The notes under the pieces are model-generated. The model was not told the origin of the DNA. It did not search any database and saw nothing but the letters and a program-made list of their open reading frames with translations. Of a DNA stretch of 64,000 nucleotides, positions 48,030-56,619 are shown piece after piece. Within the stretch, counting starts at the first letter, position 1, and every line of letters begins with the position of its first letter. The stretch is from a virus (taxonomy: Duplodnaviria > Caudoviricetes). The position numbers and the translations under genes are program-made. Location: IMG/VR virus record IMGVR_UViG_3300032954_000011, positions 1,757-65,756 of that record; one strand, written 5' to 3'.

Positions 48030-49195
48030 TTTAGGCCGATGTAGGCATCGCCCTACCAGCTCTGCACATCGGCCCACGGGCAGCTTCCTTTATGGAGGCC
48101 CCGGCAGTTGCCTGCCGGGTGCTGCCATCGTCTGACGCTTCGGCCAAGTAAATTGGCGCTGCGCACCCTACCTCCTCTGTGAGCCTACTCGGTCGAACAA
48201 GTCCTTTGGACCCACAAAGCTCTAGAGTTCAAGATTGTAGGCATAAACCCGCCCACAACTCAAACAAACCCAAAAAAGCAGCGGATAATGGCGGCACCAG
48301 CCCCCACACCCGCAGCGGCACCACCCACGCTTCCGGCGGCGCCAGAACTTCAGCGAATTCCAGAGTCGTCGCATAAACTCTAACCTCGGCGAAAACCAAC
48401 CAATCGCAGGTTAGTTTCCAACCACGGGGTCCCAAACGAAGGCGGATACAAAGGCACTTTATGCTTGTTTGAATGGGACTAGCGGCCCCCGACGGACCCC
48501 CACCGGATGGAGGGAGTACGCTGAGTCTAAGTTTGCCACAAGACCCGAAGGCAATGGGCAAACCAATTACCGAACGCTGGTTGACCACTAAAGGTCAAGC
48601 GCCCAGTAAGACTCATAGTAAAAAGGACCCCAATCGCCCACAGAGGCACAAAGTTATGCCAAAGCAGCCCCCTTTGCCTGTTACCCTATCTGATACCCCT
48701 GAGAACCGTTTCCAGCCCCAGGCCCGTCGAGCCAACCAGGGTTATCATGTCACGGTGCGTATCCCCTGTTTGGTGGCTTTCGCCGAGGAACTTTTGTGCG
48801 CGAATGTTCGCGCCGAATTGGTCGGGCGCAGCACAAATAGTTGCCCATTGGCTTGGGTCTAGAAGGCTGCGCCCTAAAAAGCGAGGTTCAAGGTACCAAC
48901 GAGAAAAGTTGGCCCCCGAAGGCCCGCCCAGCGCGAAGGTAGCGACCGGAGGCTTTTCAGGCGACTCGGCCGAACTTCGCGACATCAGAGACATTCGGTG
49001 CGGATTACAGCCGCATCTATGAGCGCACACACGCCCACGGGGCCCTGCCCCTAGCGCGATGTCTTCTGATGTTAGGTGGGCGCGCGTTGTCGCGCCCCAC
49101 CTATCCTGACGTTCAGCCCACTGCGCGGCAGCAGAGCGTCCGCGCATGCGCCCATTACAGACTAGGGCGAACCAGGAGCCCGCAGTGCGAAGGCT
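48030..49195 (-). ncRNA. Putative large (~1.2 kb) structured RNA
   Basis: Dense nested helices; GNRA/UUCG loops on the - strand; no long credible ORF. Confidence 0.55.
48222..48374 (-). CDS. 50-aa Cys-rich basic peptide inside the structured region
   Basis: MRRLWNSLKFWRRRKRGWCRCGCGGWCRHYPLLFWVCLSCGRVYAYNLEL; GAGG upstream. Confidence 0.5.
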   Translation of the reverse strand: MRRLWNSLKFWRRRKRGWCRCGCGGWCRHYPLLFWVCLSCGRVYAYNLEL

Positions 49196-49348
49196 AGCCC
49201 ACCACCCCCGCAGAATCTCCATCGTTCGGCCACATTTCGGCCGTCGCAAACACCTCACACCCGCACATTTGCCAGGCCGCGTGCCAGCACTTACAGCCCG
49301 GGCAGCGCTCCATAGGAATCACCTCACCCCCGGCTGTGTCGTCGCGCT

Positions 49349-49732
49349 CTAGCACATCGCTAGGATATTCAAGCGTCTCCAGTAGTCGGGTGTGTCGAAT
49401 TCCGGCTCCGACTGGTCCGCTTGTGTCTGCTGGCAAGGCGAGCATGTTCGTGTCCCCCTTCGATGGTCAATAATGGTGTAGCCGTCGCGGCGGGTTATGT
49501 TTGTAGGAACCGGCATCGCTGGGGTGCGCGGTGGCATTTTTCGGTGCGCAAAGCACCTTAAGGCCCCCTCACAGACCCACCCGCCCGGGCGCCCACAAAA
49601 ACAGGTTTCCCCCTCTACCACTCGCCCCGAACCCCCGCACACATGACAAACGGGGTCCAGGAGTTGGGCGAGTTCGTTTACGCACTGGCGCCCCCGGCAG
49701 GCCGGGCACAAAGTTAGGTGCAAATCGTCCAT
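49349..49732 (-). CDS. Zinc-finger protein (CxxCxG repeats)
   Basis: CPACRG, CHVCGGSG. Confidence 0.55.
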   Translation of the reverse strand: MDDLHLTLCPACRGRQCVNELAQLLDPVCHVCGGSGRVVEGETCFCGRPGGWVCEGALRCFAHRKMPPRTPAMPVPTNITRRDGYTIIDHRRGTRTCSPCQQTQADQSEPEFDTPDYWRRLNILAMC

Positions 49733-50982
49733 GCGAGTCTCCGCCCTTGGTCACAGTAGAGGTTGTGTGCACCGTAAAGCTGCCAGTTTGTGGCGATGGC
49801 TTTGGGGTCACGCACCACGGTTTCGAGTCCGTAGAGGCCGGTGTTGTAGGCTTTCTCGGCGTGCCGCTCAGTCCATACCGCCGAAGCCTGCCCCATTGTC
49901 CGGACAAACATCCCGTGGTTGCGCTGCAAAATCTCCCGCGCCCTTTTTACGTCGCAGTGGTTGATGGTCTCCACCACCTCCAGGGGCTCGGCTTGCCACA
50001 GCCGCCACAGCTTCGAGGCCCCCAACATCGCACACATCCGGGCCATGTCGAACACACAGTGCGCCAACCAGGGGGCGCGCAGCCAAAAATTCGAGAGCGT
50101 TCGGTATTCCAGGCCGTGGGTGGGGAGGCGGAATTCGCCTGCCCGCCCATAGTATCGCCGCCTCACTGGGGAGTCGAAGTTCGCGGCCGCCCCAACCGCC
50201 CAGACGCTGAGAATCGCATCGAGCGCAAAAACCATATCGTGGCGGGTGCGCACCGGGTGCGCGGTGGCGAGGTGTACGTGGCCCCCCGCGAACCGTTGCA
50301 GAAGCTTCGAGCCGTCCGTAACCGGCTCGCCTGGCATGTCGTAGAGGTTTAGGCTGGGGTCGCACCCCAGCATTTGGAATTCCGGGGGCGCCGACGCCAT
50401 CAATTCCGGGGGAATCTCCACCACGCTGTCCGCCGACAGCGTGGCTGTGGGGTCGAGGTCGCGGGCGGTGGCCAAGATTTCATTCAGCCCATCAGCGATG
50501 TGGCTGACAAGAACCTCATTGCAGCCGAAGCCCGTTTCAGGGGTGTATTCGGCCTGAAAGCCGTCGGCGAAGATGGTTCCGGAATAGAAGCGATAAGGCG
50601 TCTTGTCGATGCGGCGGGGGTTGGCCTTCCCGGGCAGAAACCTCCAAGCCGGCAGCAGGGCGCCGGTCCCGCTGCGCAAAAAGATTTCCGGGTCGGAGCC
50701 GGTGGTGGGGTAGCCCCCTCTGTTCGGCGAGGGCTTTTGAAGCACCGCGCGGAGCGCAACGGCGTCGGCAGTGATTCGTTCGAGGTCCGTTCGGGTTGGT
50801 TCGGCGGGGGTCATTTGGCCGGCGAACTTTTGCGACGGCCATACGTCCCAGCCGCGGGGGGTCTGGGTGAGAAAAGTCCCACAGTCGTTCCCCATTTCGA
50901 TAACCAGGCCCTGTTTGGTCTGTAGCCATTCGTTGTGCACGAAAAGTTCCTCCCCTCTAGTCCACCCACATCGGCCGCGCAA
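49714..50982 (-). CDS. phiEco32-like COOH-NH2 ligase type 2
   Basis: GSDPEIF, DGFQAE, GCDP..N.Y, RFAGGHVH, RR.YYGRAGEFR..HGLEYRTLSNFW; start uncertain. Confidence 0.88.
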   Translation of the reverse strand: MRGRCGWTRGEELFVHNEWLQTKQGLVIEMGNDCGTFLTQTPRGWDVWPSQKFAGQMTPAEPTRTDLERITADAVALRAVLQKPSPNRGGYPTTGSDPEIFLRSGTGALLPAWRFLPGKANPRRIDKTPYRFYSGTIFADGFQAEYTPETGFGCNEVLVSHIADGLNEILATARDLDPTATLSADSVVEIPPELMASAPPEFQMLGCDPSLNLYDMPGEPVTDGSKLLQRFAGGHVHLATAHPVRTRHDMVFALDAILSVWAVGAAANFDSPVRRRYYGRAGEFRLPTHGLEYRTLSNFWLRAPWLAHCVFDMARMCAMLGASKLWRLWQAEPLEVVETINHCDVKRAREILQRNHGMFVRTMGQASAVWTERHAEKAYNTGLYGLETVVRDPKAIATNWQLYGAHNLYCDQGRRLAWTICT

Positions 50983-51208
50983 CCACCGGCAGTTCCTGGG
51001 TATCGTCTTCGCTGGCCGCCTGTAGGCAAGGTTCCTGCTCTATCCCGTGGCACTTCATACAAATCCACATGAACACCGTTTTGCCCCCGCTGTCACCGAA
51101 GCGGCACTGGTGGGTGCCGATTAGCTCCATTTCGCCGCCGCACCCCTGTTTGCTACAGGGTTTGAGCTGGCGAAGGGAGGTTGGGTGCGTAACTGAGTGC
51201 TGGGTCAT
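50957..51208 (-). CDS. Small zinc-ribbon protein
   Basis: C..GCGG...CMKC; GGAG RBS. Confidence 0.5.
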   Translation of the reverse strand: MTQHSVTHPTSLRQLKPCSKQGCGGEMELIGTHQCRFGDSGGKTVFMWICMKCHGIEQEPCLQAASEDDTQELPVVARPMWVD

Positions 51209-51410
51209 TCGTCTTCTCCCACAGCCCGCAAAAACTCAATGGGCCAGCGCCACCGCAAAACCGAGCACGGCCGATAGCCGTAGCCCTTTATGCGATACAG
51301 AAAGCCCCTTTGGGTCATGAAGTCAGCCCCCCGGAACTCCTCTTGGGGGCCGTCGCCAGTCGCAATCATAAAGGGTGGGCGAACTTTTTTCAACTTTTTT
51401 CGACCTTTTG

Positions 51411-51441
51411 CTTAAGTTTTCGTTGCGCCGAACGTCTAAAG
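51411..51441 (+). promoter_or_regulatory. Phage sigma-dependent promoter candidate, antisense to early genes
   Basis: CTTAAGTTTTC-N11-CGTCTAAAG, copy 3. Confidence 0.7.
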
Positions 51442-51691
51442 CCTATGAAGGCTTTAGTCCATGGGGGCGGGTTTTTGGTGCCGCTGTTGATTCTAAAGGG
51501 GTTAGTCGAGCGGATAGCTTGGGGCGTCGGCCGTGCCCTTGTGCATGCGTTCCCAAGCACCAGGTGGACACCTTGGACAAGTCCCTTTGTAGGGCGCCTT
51601 TACGGGGGCGCCGCAGTATGGGCAGCGAAATTTTGTCCGGCGAGGCCGCCGCATGCGCCGCATACCGCCCACAGCCATTAGCATACTCATA

Positions 51692-51910
51692 TCAGTCCTT
51701 GTCGGCCCAGAGATGCAGTTCTGGGCCTTTTTCTTTACTCTGGAGTTCGACCGCCCATAGGGGGCTAGTTCCCCCCACGAAAATCTCTGTGTCGGCAGAA
51801 ATCTGACCCAGGGCTAGCGCCTGTTGGAGCGCGATTAGCACGCGGCCAACGGTGAGTGGGAGGCCGCTGGCAAGGTGCTGGCGCGGTTCGAGTTTGGGGG
51901 TTTCGCTCAC
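51692..51910 (-). CDS. Hypothetical early protein
   Basis: Contiguous ORF. Confidence 0.5.
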   Translation of the reverse strand: MSETPKLEPRQHLASGLPLTVGRVLIALQQALALGQISADTEIFVGGTSPLWAVELQSKEKGPELHLWADKD

Positions 51911-51911
51911 T

Positions 51912-52382
51912 TTAGCTCTCGTCCTCGAGTTTTTCGAGGCGCTGGAGGAAGTCGGGGCAGACTTTTAGGATGAACTCCGCCGTCTCCCCGTAACTGCCCA
52001 CCGTTGAGACTATCCGCGCCGTTAACTCTTTGAGGTCCTCGGTGCGCTTTTGGGTAGCGGCTTCCTGGGCGCGGAAATCGTCGAGTGCTTGAAGGGTACT
52101 CTCCAAAGCTTTTCCTTCCGCATTGACAAAGTGGCCATGTCGGCTGCGAATGTATTTGGCGTATTTTTGGGCAGCCAGAAGTACGGCCTTTTCGAGTTCT
52201 TCGCGTTTGTTCACTTTGGGGGCCTCCTCAACCAAACGTAACGATGTCTCTGCACACAACACTGGGTTCAAGTAATACGAAAATTGCACCCACCACCACG
52301 GCTTTGCGGTCGCACCAGCGTCTACGATACGGCCTTCTCCGAAGCCCGAGTTTGTGTGCCAAACTTTGTCCCCAATCTTCAT
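51912..52382 (-). CDS. Hypothetical early protein (SH3-like N-terminus)
   Basis: MKIGDKVWH..FGEGRIV; GAGG RBS. Confidence 0.6.
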   Translation of the reverse strand: MKIGDKVWHTNSGFGEGRIVDAGATAKPWWWVQFSYYLNPVLCAETSLRLVEEAPKVNKREELEKAVLLAAQKYAKYIRSRHGHFVNAEGKALESTLQALDDFRAQEAATQKRTEDLKELTARIVSTVGSYGETAEFILKVCPDFLQRLEKLEDES

Positions 52383-52466
52383 GTCACCACCTCAGCATCA
52401 GCGCCAACAGAATCCAACACAGCGCCATCAAAAGAGTTTCCCGGGGGTCGTGGAGATGGAATTTCA

Positions 52467-52862
52467 TTAATTCTTCCCGGTGAGTAGGCTCAACAGCCCC
52501 GTAAAGGCGTAGTATTCCGGGTTGAAGAGGCGGAGCGCACCGGCAAACAGTCCGGTGCTCGAAACCAGCACCCCTAGGCCTAGGAAGCAGGACGCAACGA
52601 ACCAAGGTTCGGAGTCCCCGATTGTACTGCTTGGGTACTTGGGGTCGGGCTTCGAAAGTTCCATACCCCGCGAAGCGCAGCAGTACATACAGTAGCCCAG
52701 CACCATCACAAGGGACATGCCCAGCCCCAGAAACACATATCCCTCAGCCCGCGCCTGCCGTATCAGCACCGGCCAGAGGTGCTGGGCAGCCACGCCCAGC
52801 TTCGACGCCAGCATGTCGAGGCGGTCGAGAAGCTCCTTTGGCACATCAACCTGCGTTTGCAT
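52467..52862 (-). CDS. Two-TM membrane protein
   Basis: AAGGAGG RBS; two hydrophobic segments. Confidence 0.65.
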   Translation of the reverse strand: MQTQVDVPKELLDRLDMLASKLGVAAQHLWPVLIRQARAEGYVFLGLGMSLVMVLGYCMYCCASRGMELSKPDPKYPSSTIGDSEPWFVASCFLGLGVLVSSTGLFAGALRLFNPEYYAFTGLLSLLTGKN

Positions 52863-52871
52863 AAAACCTCC

Positions 52872-53096
52872 TTATTCGTCGTCCCTCACCGCCCGCAAGA
52901 GTTCTTCGCCCTCTGGCGGGCAGTAAATCACCTGAAAAAGCGTTTCTTCGGCGCCCTCCGGCGCCCCAGGACTCACCACGCGAAGATTCTTGGTGCGCTT
53001 CGCCACAAACGTGGCGCCCGACAACAGCACCTCGCGGAAGCGCCGTTCGCGCTCCTCTAGGGTGCGGAATTCTTCGCAAACCGAATCAAGGTGCAT
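52872..53096 (-). CDS. Hypothetical protein
   Basis: Contiguous ORF. Confidence 0.5.
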   Translation of the reverse strand: MHLDSVCEEFRTLEERERRFREVLLSGATFVAKRTKNLRVVSPGAPEGAEETLFQVIYCPPEGEELLRAVRDDE

Positions 53097-53329
53097 TTCA
53101 GCCCCCTAGAAGGTCACGCCCCCACAGGAATTTTCGTCAAAGTCGCGTGCCGCCTGCGGATAGAGCTTTTCGAGGCAGCCTTCAGAGCATACCGCCGCCG
53201 ACATCAAAACGTCTATCCAGCGGGTTTTGCGCCCACACGCACACTGGCACTCGGCGATGGTTTTCATCAAACCGGGCCGCCCGGGCATCTCAACGAGCAT
53301 CGGGGCGTGCGGATATTGTTCGTCGAAGG

Positions 53330-53710
53330 TCATATGCGCTTGCCCCACAAAGTGGTGCCGGTTTCGCGTTCGATTAGGCGCACCCAGCCTGCCTTTGTCA
53401 AGATATGCGCCTCGGGTTCGTTGGTGTCGCGCACCGTTGCGAGCAAAAGGTTTATGCCGGCTTCGTGGGCGAGTTCTTCGCGGAGCGCAAGAAACTTCTG
53501 CCCCAGACCCTTTCCGCGGAGCTGTTCGGGTACCACGCTACCGTGGAAGATTGCGATGCGCCGGTTTCCGGGCATAAGGGAGATGCCGAAGCGCACGCCC
53601 TGCGAAGTCTCGACCCGAAACGTATAGGGGCCTTCTTCAGAGAACGTGAGGCCCCGCGACAAGAGTCCGCGACGCAATAGATAACGCGTTTCGGGGAGGC
53701 TTTCGCTCAT
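53330..53710 (-). CDS. GNAT acetyltransferase
   Basis: V.PEQLRGKGLG motif A; ATVRDTNE...KAGW. Confidence 0.8.
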   Translation of the reverse strand: MSESLPETRYLLRRGLLSRGLTFSEEGPYTFRVETSQGVRFGISLMPGNRRIAIFHGSVVPEQLRGKGLGQKFLALREELAHEAGINLLLATVRDTNEPEAHILTKAGWVRLIERETGTTLWGKRI

Positions 53711-53973
53711 AGGGCCTCAAACTCCTTTCGGAGCTTCACCGCACGCATACATTCACGCTCCGAACACCTGTCACAGCACTTTCGGTGTTCGCTGTATTTC
53801 GCCCGCGCCACCAGCCGGGCCGCATCAGCCGACACCTTTGGGTCGAGTACGAGTTTCTGATTCCAGCGAATAATGGCGGCGATGGCCTTTCGCGGGTCGC
53901 AGGCAAGTTCCTTGGAAAACAGCCAATCTACAACCAAGGCGTCGTGGACGGCCTCGCGCCAGGGGTTTTTCAC
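53707..53973 (-). CDS. Hypothetical protein
   Basis: Coupled ORF. Confidence 0.55.
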   Translation of the reverse strand: MKNPWREAVHDALVVDWLFSKELACDPRKAIAAIIRWNQKLVLDPKVSADAARLVARAKYSEHRKCCDRCSERECMRAVKLRKEFEAL

Positions 53974-54374
53974 AGGTTCACAATCTCCACCGGCACCCCC
54001 GCCGATTGGGCGAGCGCGACCATGTTTGCGGTGCCCCGCGACATTCCGTCCCAGAACGCCAGCACCCTGTCGGGCCGGCCTTCGGCGAGCATTTGCTTGT
54101 TACGAATCATGCCGGCAGCTTTGCCGAATTCTTTCCAGTTGGCGGGGAAACGGAGTTCGGAGACACGTGCAATTTCGGGCTGCGCCTCCACCCAGGAGCT
54201 TGCAATCATATCGGCGCCCCGGGCCGCGCCGTGAATGACCACAAATTCGTACTCGACGCCCACAGGGGGCGCCTCTTCAAAGCGGGCGCGGGCCGCCAGC
54301 GACTCCGCATCCAAAGCGTCGTAGATGCGCCGAAAGTCCGCCCAGGTACGCGAACCGCAAACTAGAATTCTCAT
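53970..54374 (-). CDS. SLOG/DUF2493 (YspA-like) protein
   Basis: ILVCGSR, IHGAARGAD, AG.IRN..M, FWDG.SRGT..M. Confidence 0.85.
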   Translation of the reverse strand: MRILVCGSRTWADFRRIYDALDAESLAARARFEEAPPVGVEYEFVVIHGAARGADMIASSWVEAQPEIARVSELRFPANWKEFGKAAGMIRNKQMLAEGRPDRVLAFWDGMSRGTANMVALAQSAGVPVEIVNL

Positions 54375-54739
54375 TTGCCCTTCTCCTTGAGGCGCTTGTC
54401 TAGCCCCGGGCTGCAAACCCGACAGTAGGTGCAGCGTCCCGTGCCCACGAATTCGCCCTGCTCATCAAGCTCAAAGTCATTCTGGTCGGGGCCATGAGAG
54501 TTGTGGGCGAGCGAGTGCCCACAGTGGCCGCAAGTTTCGTCTGCGCGCATCCCAACCCCCTATTTGTGCATGTGGCGCAGGAAGTAAAGCACCACCAGCG
54601 CCGCATCCACTATCCGATGAATAAGTTCCATTTCAGTCTCCCTTCAAGAGTTCTCGAATTCGGGCCGCCTCCCGCGACACACCTAGTCGGCGGTCGAGGC
54701 GGTTTGCGAGCTTCCGGAGAAAGCGGCGCTGTTTGCGGC

Positions 54740-55084
54740 TCACTCCTGCACCGCCTGGTCAATGGTCACGTTGGGCCACGGACCAAACCGCGGTTGGTCC
54801 TGGTAGCCGTGGTCGGTTACCAGTATGCGCCCATGAAAGCCCTTCCACACCGGCAGTGGCCCATAAACATCGTAGGTCCACCACATGGGGCCGTGGTCCT
54901 GGTGGAACAGAAACGAATAACAGGGGCCAACCCTCCCCCATTGGCTGTCGCACCGGAGGTCGAATTGTACGTCGAGCACCGTGCCGCGGGCGCCCCAATG
55001 TGTGGGTTTCGCGGGGGGCGGGTCGCACGCGAGGGCCAGCGCCGCCAATGCTGCGAGAATTGCTGCGGAAAGTTTGCGTTTCAC
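54740..55084 (-). CDS. Putative lipoprotein
   Basis: GGAGG RBS; MKRKLSAAILAALAALALA|C lipobox. Confidence 0.65.
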   Translation of the reverse strand: MKRKLSAAILAALAALALACDPPPAKPTHWGARGTVLDVQFDLRCDSQWGRVGPCYSFLFHQDHGPMWWTYDVYGPLPVWKGFHGRILVTDHGYQDQPRFGPWPNVTIDQAVQE

Positions 55085-55319
55085 AGGAATTTCACCTCCA
55101 CCAGAATTGAGCGTCGCACGGTCACAGGTACAAGTTCGCCCTGATTCGGCCCTTCGTGGCCCGCATTGAGGCGCCGCGCCACAGTTACAAATCTGCCCCG
55201 CGGAAAACACCCCCGCGAACAGTGCCACGTTCCGAGATTCGAGCCGGATTTGCGCGCCGGTGCCCCGCAGTGCCCACAACGGTATTCGCGTGGGCGGGCG
55301 CGGCCGTAGAATTTGTCGC

Positions 55320-55694
55320 TCATTTTGCCGCCCTCAAAGCCTTCAGTTTCCCCGGCCCCACGCGGGCCTGCATCAGAAAAGAGTTCCAGATTGCGCGGCG
55401 AGCCTCAGCTTGTTCGCGCCCCCCGGCAAACATCAACCGCACGGCCTTCGCAAAGGCAATCTTCCGGCCCTTCCAGCGCACAAACTGGTCGCGCGCCGAA
55501 CAATAGCTGTGGGCGCCCACCGAGGCACCAATCGGCAGGAACACCGGCTTCGACTGCTCGGTGCGAGGCGCCACCTCCACCAGCTCACAAAACACCATCC
55601 CCAACACTGGGTGCCCGTTAATCTCGAAGGGTTGGCCCGGACGATAGCGGAAATACGCCTGAATTGTGCGTCCCTGAGAATCTTTGAGAATCAT
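55320..55694 (-). CDS. Conserved phage hypothetical protein
   Basis: CS..DQF....GRKIA..KA; GGAGG RBS. Confidence 0.65.
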   Translation of the reverse strand: MILKDSQGRTIQAYFRYRPGQPFEINGHPVLGMVFCELVEVAPRTEQSKPVFLPIGASVGAHSYCSARDQFVRWKGRKIAFAKAVRLMFAGGREQAEARRAIWNSFLMQARVGPGKLKALRAAK

Positions 55695-55877
55695 TCGCGC
55701 CTCCCTCGGCTCAGAATCCACAGCCAAATCAACGAAAAGGTTGCGAGCATCGCGCCAGCCGAGCGTACCGCCGGCCTGGGCGCACACACCATCGCCATGC
55801 CGATAGCCGCTGCGACACAGGCCGCGGTCATCAGCCAAATCACCGAGTCGTCTTCGAGTTTGATGGCCATTTAGAGG

Positions 55878-56444
55878 CTAACCTCCCACGGTCGCCGCTT
55901 TCGCCGCCTTCTCAGCCCGGCGGCGCTGACAAAGTTCCTGCCACGCCCTTAGCTCCTCCCCTTCTAATACATCGTCGGGGTCGCTTTGTGTCGCGTAGCT
56001 GCTTTCTGCGAACGCATCCGAACTGGCGCTCTTTATCGCCCGGAACGCAAAGAAAACCCTGCTGTTGGCCTGCTTGATGCGGGGCCGGTCAGGGGGCGCG
56101 GTTGCCTTGGCGTCGCGCTGCTCTTTCTTGGCCTCACCCAAATCCTGCATAAGCTGGGCGGTGCGAAGCAATTTCCCCTTGCAGGTGCCCCGCAGCCTCT
56201 CGATGAACTGTTGGAGTTTAAGCGCCCGGAACCCACGCCCCGGAACCGCCGCAATTAGGCGCAGTTCCTGTAAAAGTTTCTGTTCGCGCTCCGGGTGGAG
56301 TTGAATGTGCGCAATCAGATATTCCAGCGCATCAATCGGGGCGCGCTCGATTAGGCTGCCCGCCACCATGCGACTCACCGCCGAATCAATCGTGTCGAGA
56401 ATAAACTTGCATTTCGTCAGCTCGTTGCGATTAAAGAGTGGCAC
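55878..56444 (-). CDS. Hypothetical early protein
   Basis: GGGGGA RBS. Confidence 0.55.
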   Translation of the reverse strand: MPLFNRNELTKCKFILDTIDSAVSRMVAGSLIERAPIDALEYLIAHIQLHPEREQKLLQELRLIAAVPGRGFRALKLQQFIERLRGTCKGKLLRTAQLMQDLGEAKKEQRDAKATAPPDRPRIKQANSRVFFAFRAIKSASSDAFAESSYATQSDPDDVLEGEELRAWQELCQRRRAEKAAKAATVGG

Positions 56445-56596
56445 TTTGTCCCCCTTTCATCGAAAGGTGAGCGCAGCGTACAGCGGTGGGATGCGCCGCG
56501 AATGTTAGTGTGCGCTGTGTGCGACCCGGAATCGCCTTGGGCGCCGCGTTCGCTTTGCTTTGCCGCTGCCAGTCCATGCGCTCACCTCTCGCAGTT

Positions 56597-56619
56597 CCAG
56601 AACTCGCCGGGTTCTCGCG
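56597..56619 (-). promoter_or_regulatory. Early-region 23-bp repeat, copy 1
   Basis: CGCGA-GAA-CCCGG-CGA-GTTCTGG. Confidence 0.6.

Noticed and set aside
48030-48075. Group II intron domain V (GAGCTG...CGGCC)
   Set aside because: Stem mismatched, a better alternative helix exists, and there is no RT or interrupted gene
48980-49170. Group I intron core (TCAGAGAC-like)
   Set aside because: No matching S element, and it lies opposite the strand favoured by the tetraloops
48229-49258. Track ORFs 48229-48588, 48473-48862 and 48686-49258
   Set aside because: No RBS or coupling and atypical composition; better explained by RNA structure
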